The notes beneath the pieces are model-generated. The model was not told the DNA's origin. It saw nothing but the letters and a program-made list of their open reading frames with translations, and made no database searches. DNA of 39,557 nucleotides, from NCBI GenBank assembly GCA_043775255.1, contig JAYVST010000369.1, positions 1 to 39,557 of the forward strand, given 5' to 3'. Source of the stretch: Burkholderiales bacterium (GTDB lineage Bacteria > Pseudomonadota > Gammaproteobacteria > Burkholderiales > JAEUOS01). A program made the position numbers and the translations under genes. Shown here piece by piece: positions 9,057-17,356 of the stretch (positions are counted from its first letter, which is position 1; every line of letters starts with the position of its first letter).

Positions 9057-10463
9057 TCACATCATGATGTTTATGTCCGCAAGCAATTGCCGATAGGTCT
9101 TATCCGACGAACTGCCGCGTGCGGCAAGCAAGCCGCGCTCAGCGCGTGCGTCGTGGTCGGAAATCGGTACGTTGCCACGGTCGGCGATGCGGATCGACCC
9201 GTTCGCATCGCGCATGGAAATCAGCCGGTTGGCGTTTTCGGCATGGGGCGAGAACGGCACGTCGATGTGGCCAAGCTGGAAGGCGCGAAACACGCTTTCC
9301 CAGAACACGCTGCCGGGCATCGCGAAAATCGAATCGAGAATGCTGCGAACCTCCGACTCGATCAACACGGCCTCTGCCTCGATGAGGGGGGATGTAACCG
9401 GCTGGGCACTGCCGAAGATTCGCAGCAGATATCGGACGGTATCGACCGCCTCCGCATTGATCTCGGCGCGCGGCACGCCCAGCGCCTCGTCCACCGTCTT
9501 GACGACGATCTTGTCGGCGCCGATCAGGCTGGCCACGAGGCTGGCTCCGGATATGAGCGCGGCAGCCTTCTCCCGTTGTATCGGGAACTGCCCCATCCAC
9601 TGGTGGTAGACCAGATAGGTGCGAACATCGCCGAAGCCGAACTCGTGGAGGTAATGGTTGGTCAATTGCCGCAGGACCCTGGCCGTCGCGATATCCTGGA
9701 CCATCGAACCGGTTTGTCCGAAACTTACCGCGAATGACAGCACGCCCTGCTCGGCCGCCAGCAACGCCTCCACGATCTGAACCACGACGGCAATTGCAGG
9801 CGGAACCAGCGTGGCACTGAGCGGCCCGAAGCTTTCCCTGTGGATGGGGCGTTCCGGCGTCGAATTGAAGGCGCAGACGCGGTCGACGTATTGCCAGTAG
9901 AGCAGGCATCGATCAAGCGGAAAACCTTCCGAATACGGCAGGCAATAGCATATCCCGCCGCCTTCGATCTCGGCGATTCCGGATGCGAGTGCAACCTCTA
10001 CAAGAAGGCGCGCATCCGGCGTGCCGTGACGCAGGCTGATGGGCTTATCGATGCCTTCGAACAGCCCCCGGGTCAGGCGATAACCGTGACTTACCAGCGG
10101 ATAGCCGTTGAGATAGTTGCGCTCTTCGTCCTCGCTTCGGTGCAGGAGCTGGGTTGCGGTTTCGTACTGATTCTGGCGCGTGTAGCTGTCGATGGTGAGA
10201 GGAATGAAATCCGCACCTGCCTGGCTGAGTTGGCGCGTCAGCTGGAATTGCGACTCGTACCTGGGAAAGCCGCCACGCGGCTGAATGCAGGGTATCGCGC
10301 CGCGTTCGGCATACGCGACTCCCGGGAAGCGTCGCGGCGGCACCGCGGCGAGAAACGCGCGGACTTCGTCGGGCTCGATGCCCTGCGCGAGCGGATGCGA
10401 TGTTACCTGGGCGCGATAACGCTCGATATCCTGAAGTCGGGAACTAGCTGACGGGCGGGCCAT
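9057..10463 (-). CDS. glmE: methylaspartate (glutamate) mutase E/epsilon catalytic subunit
   Basis: 468 aa that is colinear by eye with Clostridium GlmE/MutE. Shared motifs are QPRGGF, ADFIPLTIDSYTRQNQY, LRHGTPDARLL, EIEGGGICYCLPY, FGPLSATLVPP, EALLAAEQGV, YHQWMGQFP and KIVVKTVDEALGVP. The ATG overlaps the glmS stop by 20 nt. Confidence 0.85.
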   Translation of the reverse strand: MARPSASSRLQDIERYRAQVTSHPLAQGIEPDEVRAFLAAVPPRRFPGVAYAERGAIPCIQPRGGFPRYESQFQLTRQLSQAGADFIPLTIDSYTRQNQYETATQLLHRSEDEERNYLNGYPLVSHGYRLTRGLFEGIDKPISLRHGTPDARLLVEVALASGIAEIEGGGICYCLPYSEGFPLDRCLLYWQYVDRVCAFNSTPERPIHRESFGPLSATLVPPAIAVVVQIVEALLAAEQGVLSFAVSFGQTGSMVQDIATARVLRQLTNHYLHEFGFGDVRTYLVYHQWMGQFPIQREKAAALISGASLVASLIGADKIVVKTVDEALGVPRAEINAEAVDTVRYLLRIFGSAQPVTSPLIEAEAVLIESEVRSILDSIFAMPGSVFWESVFRAFQLGHIDVPFSPHAENANRLISMRDANGSIRIADRGNVPISDHDARAERGLLAARGSSSDKTYRQLLADINIMM

Positions 10464-10878
10464 TCTTCAAATCCTTCAAAAGGTCATTGATCGCGATGCT
10501 TATATCGGGCTGCTGGTGATACACGCGGTCAAAGCCGTATTGCTTGAACAACCGCACCACCTCCGCCTGCGGGCGGTCTCCGACCACGATGTTTCCACCT
10601 ACGTAAAGAAGCGCTTCTCCCAGACCGATGGCGTTGAAACGGCTGCGAAAATCCGAACACCAATACTCACCCTCGCCGTTGAGCGATGAAACAAACACCG
10701 CGTGCGCATTGACTTCGAGCGCGGCCTGGCAGAAATGCTCCGGACGGTTGCGCGTGCGCAAATTGAAAACCTGGAACCCTGATTCCTCCAGCGCCAGCTG
10801 CATGATGCGATTGCCCACGACGTGGATATCGTCACCAATCACGCCGATCACGACACGTGCGAGTATTTCCGCAGGCAT
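10444..10878 (-). CDS. glmS: methylaspartate (glutamate) mutase S/sigma subunit, B12-binding domain
   Basis: 144 aa from the internal ATG (aa 80 of the 223-aa track ORF, 8 nt after the ligase stop). It carries the base-off/His-on motif GDDIHVVGN (DxHxxG), plus VFVSSL, LLYVGGNIVVG and GFDRVY. These are near-colinear with Clostridium GlmS/MutS. Confidence 0.85.
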   Translation of the reverse strand: MPAEILARVVIGVIGDDIHVVGNRIMQLALEESGFQVFNLRTRNRPEHFCQAALEVNAHAVFVSSLNGEGEYWCSDFRSRFNAIGLGEALLYVGGNIVVGDRPQAEVVRLFKQYGFDRVYHQQPDISIAINDLLKDLKNGPPVS

Positions 10879-10886
10879 GGGTGCGC

Positions 10887-12473
10887 TCAGGAAGGCTTGA
10901 CGGCGCGGCTGCCGGTTTCGGGATCGATCCCCAGCTTCTCGAACGAAGCCTGCTTGATCGATTTTCGATCGAGCTTGCCGGCATTGCCGGTTATCGGAAA
11001 GGCATCGAAATGGATGAAATACACCGGCACCATGTGACCGGGAAGGTTGCCCTTCAGGAATTGCTTGAGAGCATGTTCGGGGACGGGCTGGCCGTTCTCG
11101 GTGGTGTATGCGCAACCGATATCCTCGCCAACCTCGATATTCTGCACCGCGAATGCGACCGCCTCGCGGACGTCCGGATGGCGTATGACTTCGGTCTCCA
11201 CCTCCGTCGGGCTGACGCGAAAGCCCTTGGTCTTGATCATTTCGTCGCCGCGAGCGACGAAATAAAGGTAGCCTTCGTCATCGCGATAGACCTTGTCGCC
11301 GCTGAAGACAAGTGTCTCGCCCGGAAACCTCGGGTGGGTCCTGAAAACCTTGGCCGTGTTTTCCGGGTCGCGCCAGTATCCCTTTGAAACGGTGGCGCCG
11401 CGATGAACCAGTTCGCCGACCTCGTTGGGCGCGCATTCGTCACCCTTTTCGTCGAGCACCATGACCTGACAACCGGGGATCGACTTGCCGACGGACGTGG
11501 GATGGCTATCGAGTTTGTCCGGGTCGAGATACGTAGAACGGAACGCTTCAGTGAGACCGAACATCGAGAAGATACGGGCCTTCGGAAATGCCGTCTTGAG
11601 GTCCTTGAGCATCGTATCGGACAGGCGCCCGCCGGTCGAGCACACATACCTGAGGGCGGAAAAGTCGTGTGCCGCCGTCGCTATCTTCAGGCGCCGGTCG
11701 AACATCTTGGTGATGATGACCGGCATCACCGGCAAGGCGGTGATCTTTTCCTTGGCAAGGAACACAAACATGTCGTTCGGCAACGCAAGTTCGTGCAGGT
11801 ACAGCGTCGCCCCGTTGCGGATGGTCTGCCAAATCTGGTTCAGTCCGTAGTCGAAGTTGAACGACAGAACACAACCGATGCGATCGCTTTCGCTTGTGCC
11901 CAGATACTCGGACACAATGTCCGCGCCGTCGGCAAGATTGCGATGCGCAATCAGGATGCCCTTCGGGCGGCCAGTGGAGCCCGATGAATAGATGATTGCC
12001 GCATTGTCCGCGCCGATCCGGTCGAAATGGCGATTCGGCTGCATGTAACGCCGCATGTAGGCGATATTCGGCCAGTCCGCCACTACCTCCCCGCGCCCCA
12101 CGACGAGCTTGACGATGCCGGAAAATCCCGAAACCTCCTTGAGACGATCGGAATCGGTCACCATCGCCACCATCCCGGAGTTGTCGATGATGTGCCGGAT
12201 GTTGGGTTCCTTCAAACGCGGCAGTATCGGCACGACCACCCCGTTGGCAAACAGGATGCCCAGGATCACCAACACCTGATCGACCGATTTCTCCATGCAC
12301 ACGCCCACCCGGTCGCCGGTGCGGATACCCAGTTCGCGGAAGCATTCCGCCGTTGCCAAGGCGTCGTTGTACAACTCGGAAAACGTGATCGAGCGGTTGC
12401 TCGACACGATTGCTGCCTTGGTTGGCAGACGCTCGGCGGTTTCGGCGAGAAACCGGGGAATCGATCTAGGCAT
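10887..12473 (-). CDS. ANL-superfamily adenylate-forming ligase (acyl/aminoacyl-ACP or -CoA ligase), exosortase-A-associated type
   Basis: 528 aa with AAIIYSSGSTGRPKGI, GELVHRGATVSKGYW, FSGDKVYRDDEGYLYFVARGDEMIKTKGFRVSPTEVE and GKLDRKSI (A10 Lys). AGGAG lies about 11 nt upstream of ATG 12473. Confidence 0.9.
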   Translation of the reverse strand: MPRSIPRFLAETAERLPTKAAIVSSNRSITFSELYNDALATAECFRELGIRTGDRVGVCMEKSVDQVLVILGILFANGVVVPILPRLKEPNIRHIIDNSGMVAMVTDSDRLKEVSGFSGIVKLVVGRGEVVADWPNIAYMRRYMQPNRHFDRIGADNAAIIYSSGSTGRPKGILIAHRNLADGADIVSEYLGTSESDRIGCVLSFNFDYGLNQIWQTIRNGATLYLHELALPNDMFVFLAKEKITALPVMPVIITKMFDRRLKIATAAHDFSALRYVCSTGGRLSDTMLKDLKTAFPKARIFSMFGLTEAFRSTYLDPDKLDSHPTSVGKSIPGCQVMVLDEKGDECAPNEVGELVHRGATVSKGYWRDPENTAKVFRTHPRFPGETLVFSGDKVYRDDEGYLYFVARGDEMIKTKGFRVSPTEVETEVIRHPDVREAVAFAVQNIEVGEDIGCAYTTENGQPVPEHALKQFLKGNLPGHMVPVYFIHFDAFPITGNAGKLDRKSIKQASFEKLGIDPETGSRAVKPS

Positions 12474-12602
12474 TTGGTGCTGCTCCTACAGGTCAAATGG
12501 AGGCGGTTGCCCCGCGGCACGACAAACCGACGGGGACAGTTCGTTCCCGATTCGGCTCAAGCCCTCATACAACTATCTCGTACGGCTGGTCAGACTGCCG
12601 CG

Positions 12603-12860
12603 CTATACCTGCCCGGCGGAATTCTTTCTCTCGATCAGCGCAGCGATGCTCGACAGTCGCGACAGGTTGTCGCGCACCAGATCGTCGGCCTCGAGTTCGA
12701 CTCCGAATTTCTCCTGGACAAAAACGGCCAGCTGCACGATGCTGAAGGAATCGATCACCTGGGCTTCCAGCAGATCCAGTTGGGGATCAAGCGGCCCTTC
12801 GTAACCGAATTCCTGCCTGATGTAGTCCCCGAGAATCCCGATCACGTCTTCCATTTTCAT
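12603..12860 (-). CDS. acyl/peptidyl carrier protein
   Basis: About 85 aa and acidic, with the phosphopantetheine Ser context LEAQVIDSFSIVQLAVF. There are in-frame ATGs at 12872, 12860 and 12854, so the start is uncertain by a few codons. Confidence 0.78.
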   Translation of the reverse strand: MKMEDVIGILGDYIRQEFGYEGPLDPQLDLLEAQVIDSFSIVQLAVFVQEKFGVELEADDLVRDNLSRLSSIAALIERKNSAGQV

Positions 12861-12986
12861 TTTCCCCGCCATTGCGCGCAATGACGCGATTCTACAATTA
12901 ACGAATCTTCACACAGCGCCCTGAATTGACGCGGAATTCCCGCGCACCGTTTCATTTCGCCCCAATCCGTTGCCACATCCTGCTTG

Positions 12987-13709
12987 TCACGGTTGGCGCA
13001 GCGCATCGGCATTCAGACGCAGTTCGACTCGCCGGCCGGCGCCAGCGGTTATGCTGACGTACGGCAGCACGCTCGAGAACATCAGTTCGAACCGCCCGGC
13101 CTGGAAGAACAGCGCACGCCCCGCGAGCTTCCAGCCAAGATGTTGATGGGCGCGGCGTGATGTGAGGTTGAATCGAGTCAGCCTGCTGAACGTGAAATCG
13201 ATGCCTTGACTGCGCAAATAGGCATTGGCTCCATTCCACAGGCCGACAAAACCGAGGCCCATGCGATGCTCGGGAAAAAGATAGAAGTCGAAATCAAATA
13301 CCGCCCGATTTTCGGGTGACAGGACGTACGTGCAGCGGACTTCGTCCTCGTCGTAGCGGTCATGACAAAACCACATGAAACCGATCAGCCGTCCCTTCTG
13401 GTAGGCCCCCAGGCATATGGCGCCTTGGGAGAAACGCGACTCTTTGATGTCGGGGCGCGCCGGCATGCGCTCGACTTCCGGGTCGCCGCGCCGGATTTCG
13501 CGAATCTCGACGCTGCTCGCCAGGCGTCCGGGAACCAGAGGCTTGTCGGTAATCGGCTGCACCATCAGTTCGTATACGTACAACTTGAGGTGCGGGGAAA
13601 CGCGTCCAAGGATCCGGTCGATCACGTAGAGCGACCCCGCGCCCGGCCCGAATTCCCTGAATGGCCCCGTAATGCGCTTGAGAATGGAATTCTCCGAAGT
13701 GGTGGGCAT
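12987..13709 (-). CDS. GNAT-fold acyltransferase
   Basis: 240 aa from the internal ATG (aa 83 of the 322-aa track ORF). The longer form overlaps the upstream gene and is Pro/Arg-rich. A motif-A-like PEHRMGLGFVGLW (RxxGxG) is followed by SRRAHQHLGW. Confidence 0.6.
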   Translation of the reverse strand: MPTTSENSILKRITGPFREFGPGAGSLYVIDRILGRVSPHLKLYVYELMVQPITDKPLVPGRLASSVEIREIRRGDPEVERMPARPDIKESRFSQGAICLGAYQKGRLIGFMWFCHDRYDEDEVRCTYVLSPENRAVFDFDFYLFPEHRMGLGFVGLWNGANAYLRSQGIDFTFSRLTRFNLTSRRAHQHLGWKLAGRALFFQAGRFELMFSSVLPYVSITAGAGRRVELRLNADALRQP

Positions 13710-13842
13710 GGCTATGAATGTCCAGAATCGGTCCGCGCACGGCGCCGCCGTCGCAATGGCTGGATCGGGATCGGGCTGTGGCGACAGCCTTCTTGCAGGC
13801 GACCACGCCAGAGGCTGATGCAATGATCGACTAGCACGGCAG

Positions 13843-14805
13843 TTAACAAGCCGCCGCGGGGGCGCCCAGATTCGCATTGCGCAACATGCGCAACGCGAAT
13901 CTGGCTGTTGGACGCCCCCAGGGAATGAAGCGGGGAATCTGGTACGGATCGTCATTCACGCATGCGACCCCGGGAGCCGTCGTCACGGCACACTTGAATC
14001 CGAGGTCGCGTACCAGGGCCACATGTTCGGCGCCGAAATCCCGTCCTGGCCAGCCATTCGGATACGCGAAGCTTGTGACAGGCTTGCCGGTTACGCGCTC
14101 CAGTGTTTGCTTGCCAAGCCTGATCTCGCGCAAGGCACCTTCATTGTCAAGGGTGGTCAGTATTGCGTGCGCGTCGGTGTGCCCGCCAATCTCCACGCCG
14201 CGTCGCGAGAGTTCCCGCAGTTGCTCCGTGGACAACATCAGGTCGTTCGGCAACGGGCCGCAATCTGCAAGTGCCACGGCACGCTTGACGTTTTGCTCAC
14301 GCTCGGCAGGATTCAGGTATTTCAAACGCATCTGCAGCGCCCGCACCGCCAACTTGCGCGCTTCCGGCGTGCCAAGCGACATGCGTTCGAGTCCAATCGA
14401 AGTCAGATCAATTTCGCCCGCGCGGCAACGCGCGATTATCTCGATCGAAGTGTCGTTGAACATGCGGCCACCGTCCAAATAGGCGGTGGCGACGAACACC
14501 GTCGCAGGCAGTCCATGGCGCTCGAGGATGGGAAGCGCAAGCGTAAGATTGTCGGCATAGCCGTCATCGAAGGTGATGCAGCAGGCACGCTTGGCCAATT
14601 GGCCCGCCTTGAGACTGCCGATGGCCTCCGTCAGTGACAACACGCTGAAATTCCGCGCCAGAAAGGCCATTTGCATCTCGAACAGCCGTGCATCGACCTC
14701 TCCCTCGCGCAACTCTTCGGGCTCGGCCAGCACCCTGTGATAGATGAGTACCGTCAACAGCGGGGTCTTGCGGGGCCAAGCCAGCAGGGGAAGCGACTCG
14801 ATCAT
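13843..14805 (-). CDS. polysaccharide deacetylase (NodB homology domain)
   Basis: It has ITFDDGYADNLTLALPILERHGLPATVFV, EIGGHTDAH and FAYPNG. I start it at ATG 14805, 4 nt after the upstream stop; the track start is an upstream TTG that overlaps that gene. Confidence 0.8.
   Translation of the reverse strand: MIESLPLLAWPRKTPLLTVLIYHRVLAEPEELREGEVDARLFEMQMAFLARNFSVLSLTEAIGSLKAGQLAKRACCITFDDGYADNLTLALPILERHGLPATVFVATAYLDGGRMFNDTSIEIIARCRAGEIDLTSIGLERMSLGTPEARKLAVRALQMRLKYLNPAEREQNVKRAVALADCGPLPNDLMLSTEQLRELSRRGVEIGGHTDAHAILTTLDNEGALREIRLGKQTLERVTGKPVTSFAYPNGWPGRDFGAEHVALVRDLGFKCAVTTAPGVACVNDDPYQIPRFIPWGRPTARFALRMLRNANLGAPAAAC
13858..13919. repeat. 62-nt imperfect palindrome (7+10+7 bp stems) inside the 3-prime end of the deacetylase CDS
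   Basis: The left arm is gggggcg-c-ccagattcgc-a-ttgcgca, the loop is aca, and the right arm is tgcgcaa-c-gcgaatctgg-ctgttgga-cgccccc. I checked pairing base by base. It encodes the last ~20 aa (GRPTARFALRMLRNANLGAP) and ends 4 codons before the stop. Confidence 0.7.
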
Positions 14806-14809
14806 CGTT

Positions 14810-16144
14810 TCACGACTTGACTGGTCGAGCTGGGTCTGGCGGAGGTCCGCCCTGCGGCGGATCCGCAACGCGCATCACGTACGGAGATATCGTGCGCGCG
14901 GGTGGCGCCAACTGCTTTTTCACAATGCGGTCGAGGATGACCAATATGACCACAACGTAGTAAGGCAGATCGAAATAACTGAGACTGAGAAACGTCCCGC
15001 CCACCGCGTAGCCGATCAGCGATACCTGCGACATCGCGGCCAGGTCCCGCGCCCATTCAAGGCCTTGCTTGCCGCTTGTCCTGCGCACGATCGCCTCCCC
15101 CTGAAACCACGCCAGCACGAAGATCGACAGGAACAGGAACAACCCGACGAAACCGTGCTCACCCAGAACCTGGAAGTAGATGCTGTGCGCGGCGTGGATG
15201 TCGTCCGGAACGGGGGCGTACTTCGCAAAAACGTCCGGTTCGTAGATGGCGAAGCCACCGCCGAGCGGAAATCGGTCGACAGCGAGATTGAAGGCCATCC
15301 ACCAGGCGTTGATGCGCCCCATGGCGGATGCATCCTGGTCGTAGGTCGTGATGGTACGCATACGTTCGGTCCAGTTTTCCGGCATGGCCGCAAAAATCAG
15401 CGGCACAGCCGCCACCACCAGCACGCCAATCACGGCTTTCTTGGAGCTCTTCAGCCAGAGAAAAAAGCCCATCGCCAGCAAGGCCAGCAGGGCACCGCGC
15501 GAGTGTGACCCTAGCGCAGACACGATGCTCAGCAGGACCGCTCCGGCACAGGCCCGTTTCAGCCATAGCCGGTCGGCATACATCTGCAGATAGCGAAACA
15601 GCGGCACGCTTATGATGGTCGCCAAGGCCAGGTGATTGTTGTCCTCGATGAACGTGGCGCTCGGTCCCCACACCCGGTAGCTGCCGCCCGAGGCGAGCGT
15701 GAACAGGCCCCCCTTGACTCCAAAGAATCCGATCGATAGGGTCAGCACCCACACCAGCTTGACGAGGTCTTCGCGGTTACCGACGATCAGAAGCGTGATC
15801 AGCACCATGAGCTGGATCTTGATCGTCCGCAACCAAAAATCGAATTCGTAGTCGGGATGGAAGGAAAACACCGGCGAGACTCCGATCCAGAACATGAAAC
15901 AGATCATCGCGAGCGTAATTCCGTTGAGCGGGAATCTCTCAAGCCGGTTGAAATTGACCAGCACGCTTCCGAGCGTTGCGATGGCGATCGCCTGTGCGAA
16001 CGGCATTGAATAGGCGAAGCCCCAGGTCAGCCGGTGCGGATTCATGATGCTAAGCCAAATCCACATCATCAGTCCAAAATGCGGGCGCTTGAATATGTAG
16101 GGAATCGACCCGAACACGAAAAGCGTCAGGATCAGGTCACGCAT
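14810..16144 (-). CDS. Wzy/O-antigen-ligase-like polytopic membrane protein (exosortase-A-associated O-glycosylation-ligase type)
   Basis: 444 aa with at least 10 hydrophobic segments. It has a Wzy_C-like segment SALGSHSRGALLALLAMGFF and a large loop containing MGRINAWWMAFNL. Confidence 0.78.
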   Translation of the reverse strand: MRDLILTLFVFGSIPYIFKRPHFGLMMWIWLSIMNPHRLTWGFAYSMPFAQAIAIATLGSVLVNFNRLERFPLNGITLAMICFMFWIGVSPVFSFHPDYEFDFWLRTIKIQLMVLITLLIVGNREDLVKLVWVLTLSIGFFGVKGGLFTLASGGSYRVWGPSATFIEDNNHLALATIISVPLFRYLQMYADRLWLKRACAGAVLLSIVSALGSHSRGALLALLAMGFFLWLKSSKKAVIGVLVVAAVPLIFAAMPENWTERMRTITTYDQDASAMGRINAWWMAFNLAVDRFPLGGGFAIYEPDVFAKYAPVPDDIHAAHSIYFQVLGEHGFVGLFLFLSIFVLAWFQGEAIVRRTSGKQGLEWARDLAAMSQVSLIGYAVGGTFLSLSYFDLPYYVVVILVILDRIVKKQLAPPARTISPYVMRVADPPQGGPPPDPARPVKS

Positions 16145-16159
16145 GATCGCCCCGCTGTC

Positions 16160-17341
16160 TCATGAATTCCGCCACCGGCCGAGGATGGATTCAAACAGGG
16201 TCAGCTGTCCCTGGGTGGTGTCGTCCCAGCTGAATCGCTCGGCATAGGCACGCGTCTTTGCTCGCGCCGGCAACGCCGAACGCAAAGTCGTTACCGCGGC
16301 CGCCGCACCGGCGACGCTGCGTTCACCCATGAGCACACCTGCCTCGGGCGCGGCCACCACTTCAGGCGTTCCCCATACATTGGAAGCCACCACCGGTGTG
16401 CCGCATGCCATCGCTTCCAGCAACACGTTGGCCCAGCCCTCCCGGCTGGAGGCCAGCACCAGGCAATCCACACCGGCATACAGCGTCCGCAGGCGCGCTT
16501 GCGGCATGGCACCCAGAAAGGTCACCCGATCGATCACACCCGACCTGGCAGCCAGTTCGCGCAAGCCGGCTTCTTCCGGTCCTGCGCCGGCGATCAGCAG
16601 TTCAGCATCAGGCAACTGGGTCAGCGCGCCAATGACGAGATCGTGCCCTTTGCGCTCGATAAGATGACCGACGGACGCGATGGAAAAGCGCCGCATCCCG
16701 AATGTCTGGCGCGCGGCATCGCGGTCTTCGGGAAAAAACAACTTCAGATCCACGCCGTTGCGCAACACCGTTACCTTCTCCTCCGGCGCGCCAAGTGCCA
16801 CCAGTTCTTCCTTGAGCGCGGCGCAGACGGTAATCATGGCGTCACATCTGCGCGCCGCGTCGAGGATCATGGCGCGCGGCCGCGCGTATTTCGGAATCAG
16901 GTTTATGTCGGTCCCGCGCGCCGTGATCACTACCGGTTTGCCCAGCGCACGGCCCATCATCACGGCCGCCACGCCATCCGGATAAAAATAGTGCGCGTCA
17001 ATGAGGTCGAAGTCGTAGCCTTCCGCGATCAACCTGCGCGCCGCCGCGATGGCCGCATGCGCCAGCGTACGCGGCGCACTGGTCATGCCTATCTTCGGCA
17101 AGCGCAGGAATCGTGGATGCGCCACGCGAATGCCATCGCGTTCCTCGAAGCGCGGCGTGGCGGCGAAGCGCGCGTACTCCCCGAACCGCGCATGGGTAAA
17201 CGGAAACCACGGTACCGGTGCGATCACGCGGGCGTCCACCTTGCCCGAAGCAAGCAGATGGCGCAACCGCGTTTCGACAAAGATGCCGTGGCTGGGCATG
17301 GCGGCGCTCGGATAGAGCGAGGAGAAAGTGAGTATGCGCAT
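16160..17341 (-). CDS. glycosyltransferase family 4 (GT-B)
   Basis: 393 aa with N-terminal MRILTFSSLYPS...HGIFV and a C-terminal E-x7-E region, LVLASSREGWANVLLEAMACGTPVV. Confidence 0.85.
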   Translation of the reverse strand: MRILTFSSLYPSAAMPSHGIFVETRLRHLLASGKVDARVIAPVPWFPFTHARFGEYARFAATPRFEERDGIRVAHPRFLRLPKIGMTSAPRTLAHAAIAAARRLIAEGYDFDLIDAHYFYPDGVAAVMMGRALGKPVVITARGTDINLIPKYARPRAMILDAARRCDAMITVCAALKEELVALGAPEEKVTVLRNGVDLKLFFPEDRDAARQTFGMRRFSIASVGHLIERKGHDLVIGALTQLPDAELLIAGAGPEEAGLRELAARSGVIDRVTFLGAMPQARLRTLYAGVDCLVLASSREGWANVLLEAMACGTPVVASNVWGTPEVVAAPEAGVLMGERSVAGAAAAVTTLRSALPARAKTRAYAERFSWDDTTQGQLTLFESILGRWRNS

Positions 17342-17356
17342 GGGTTTTCCGCCGGC

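Noticed and set aside
10879-10886. Cobalamin riboswitch or other leader upstream of the B12-dependent mutase genes
   Set aside because: Only 8 nt separate the ligase stop from the glmS start, so there is no room for a riboswitch. The mutase genes are embedded in the operon.
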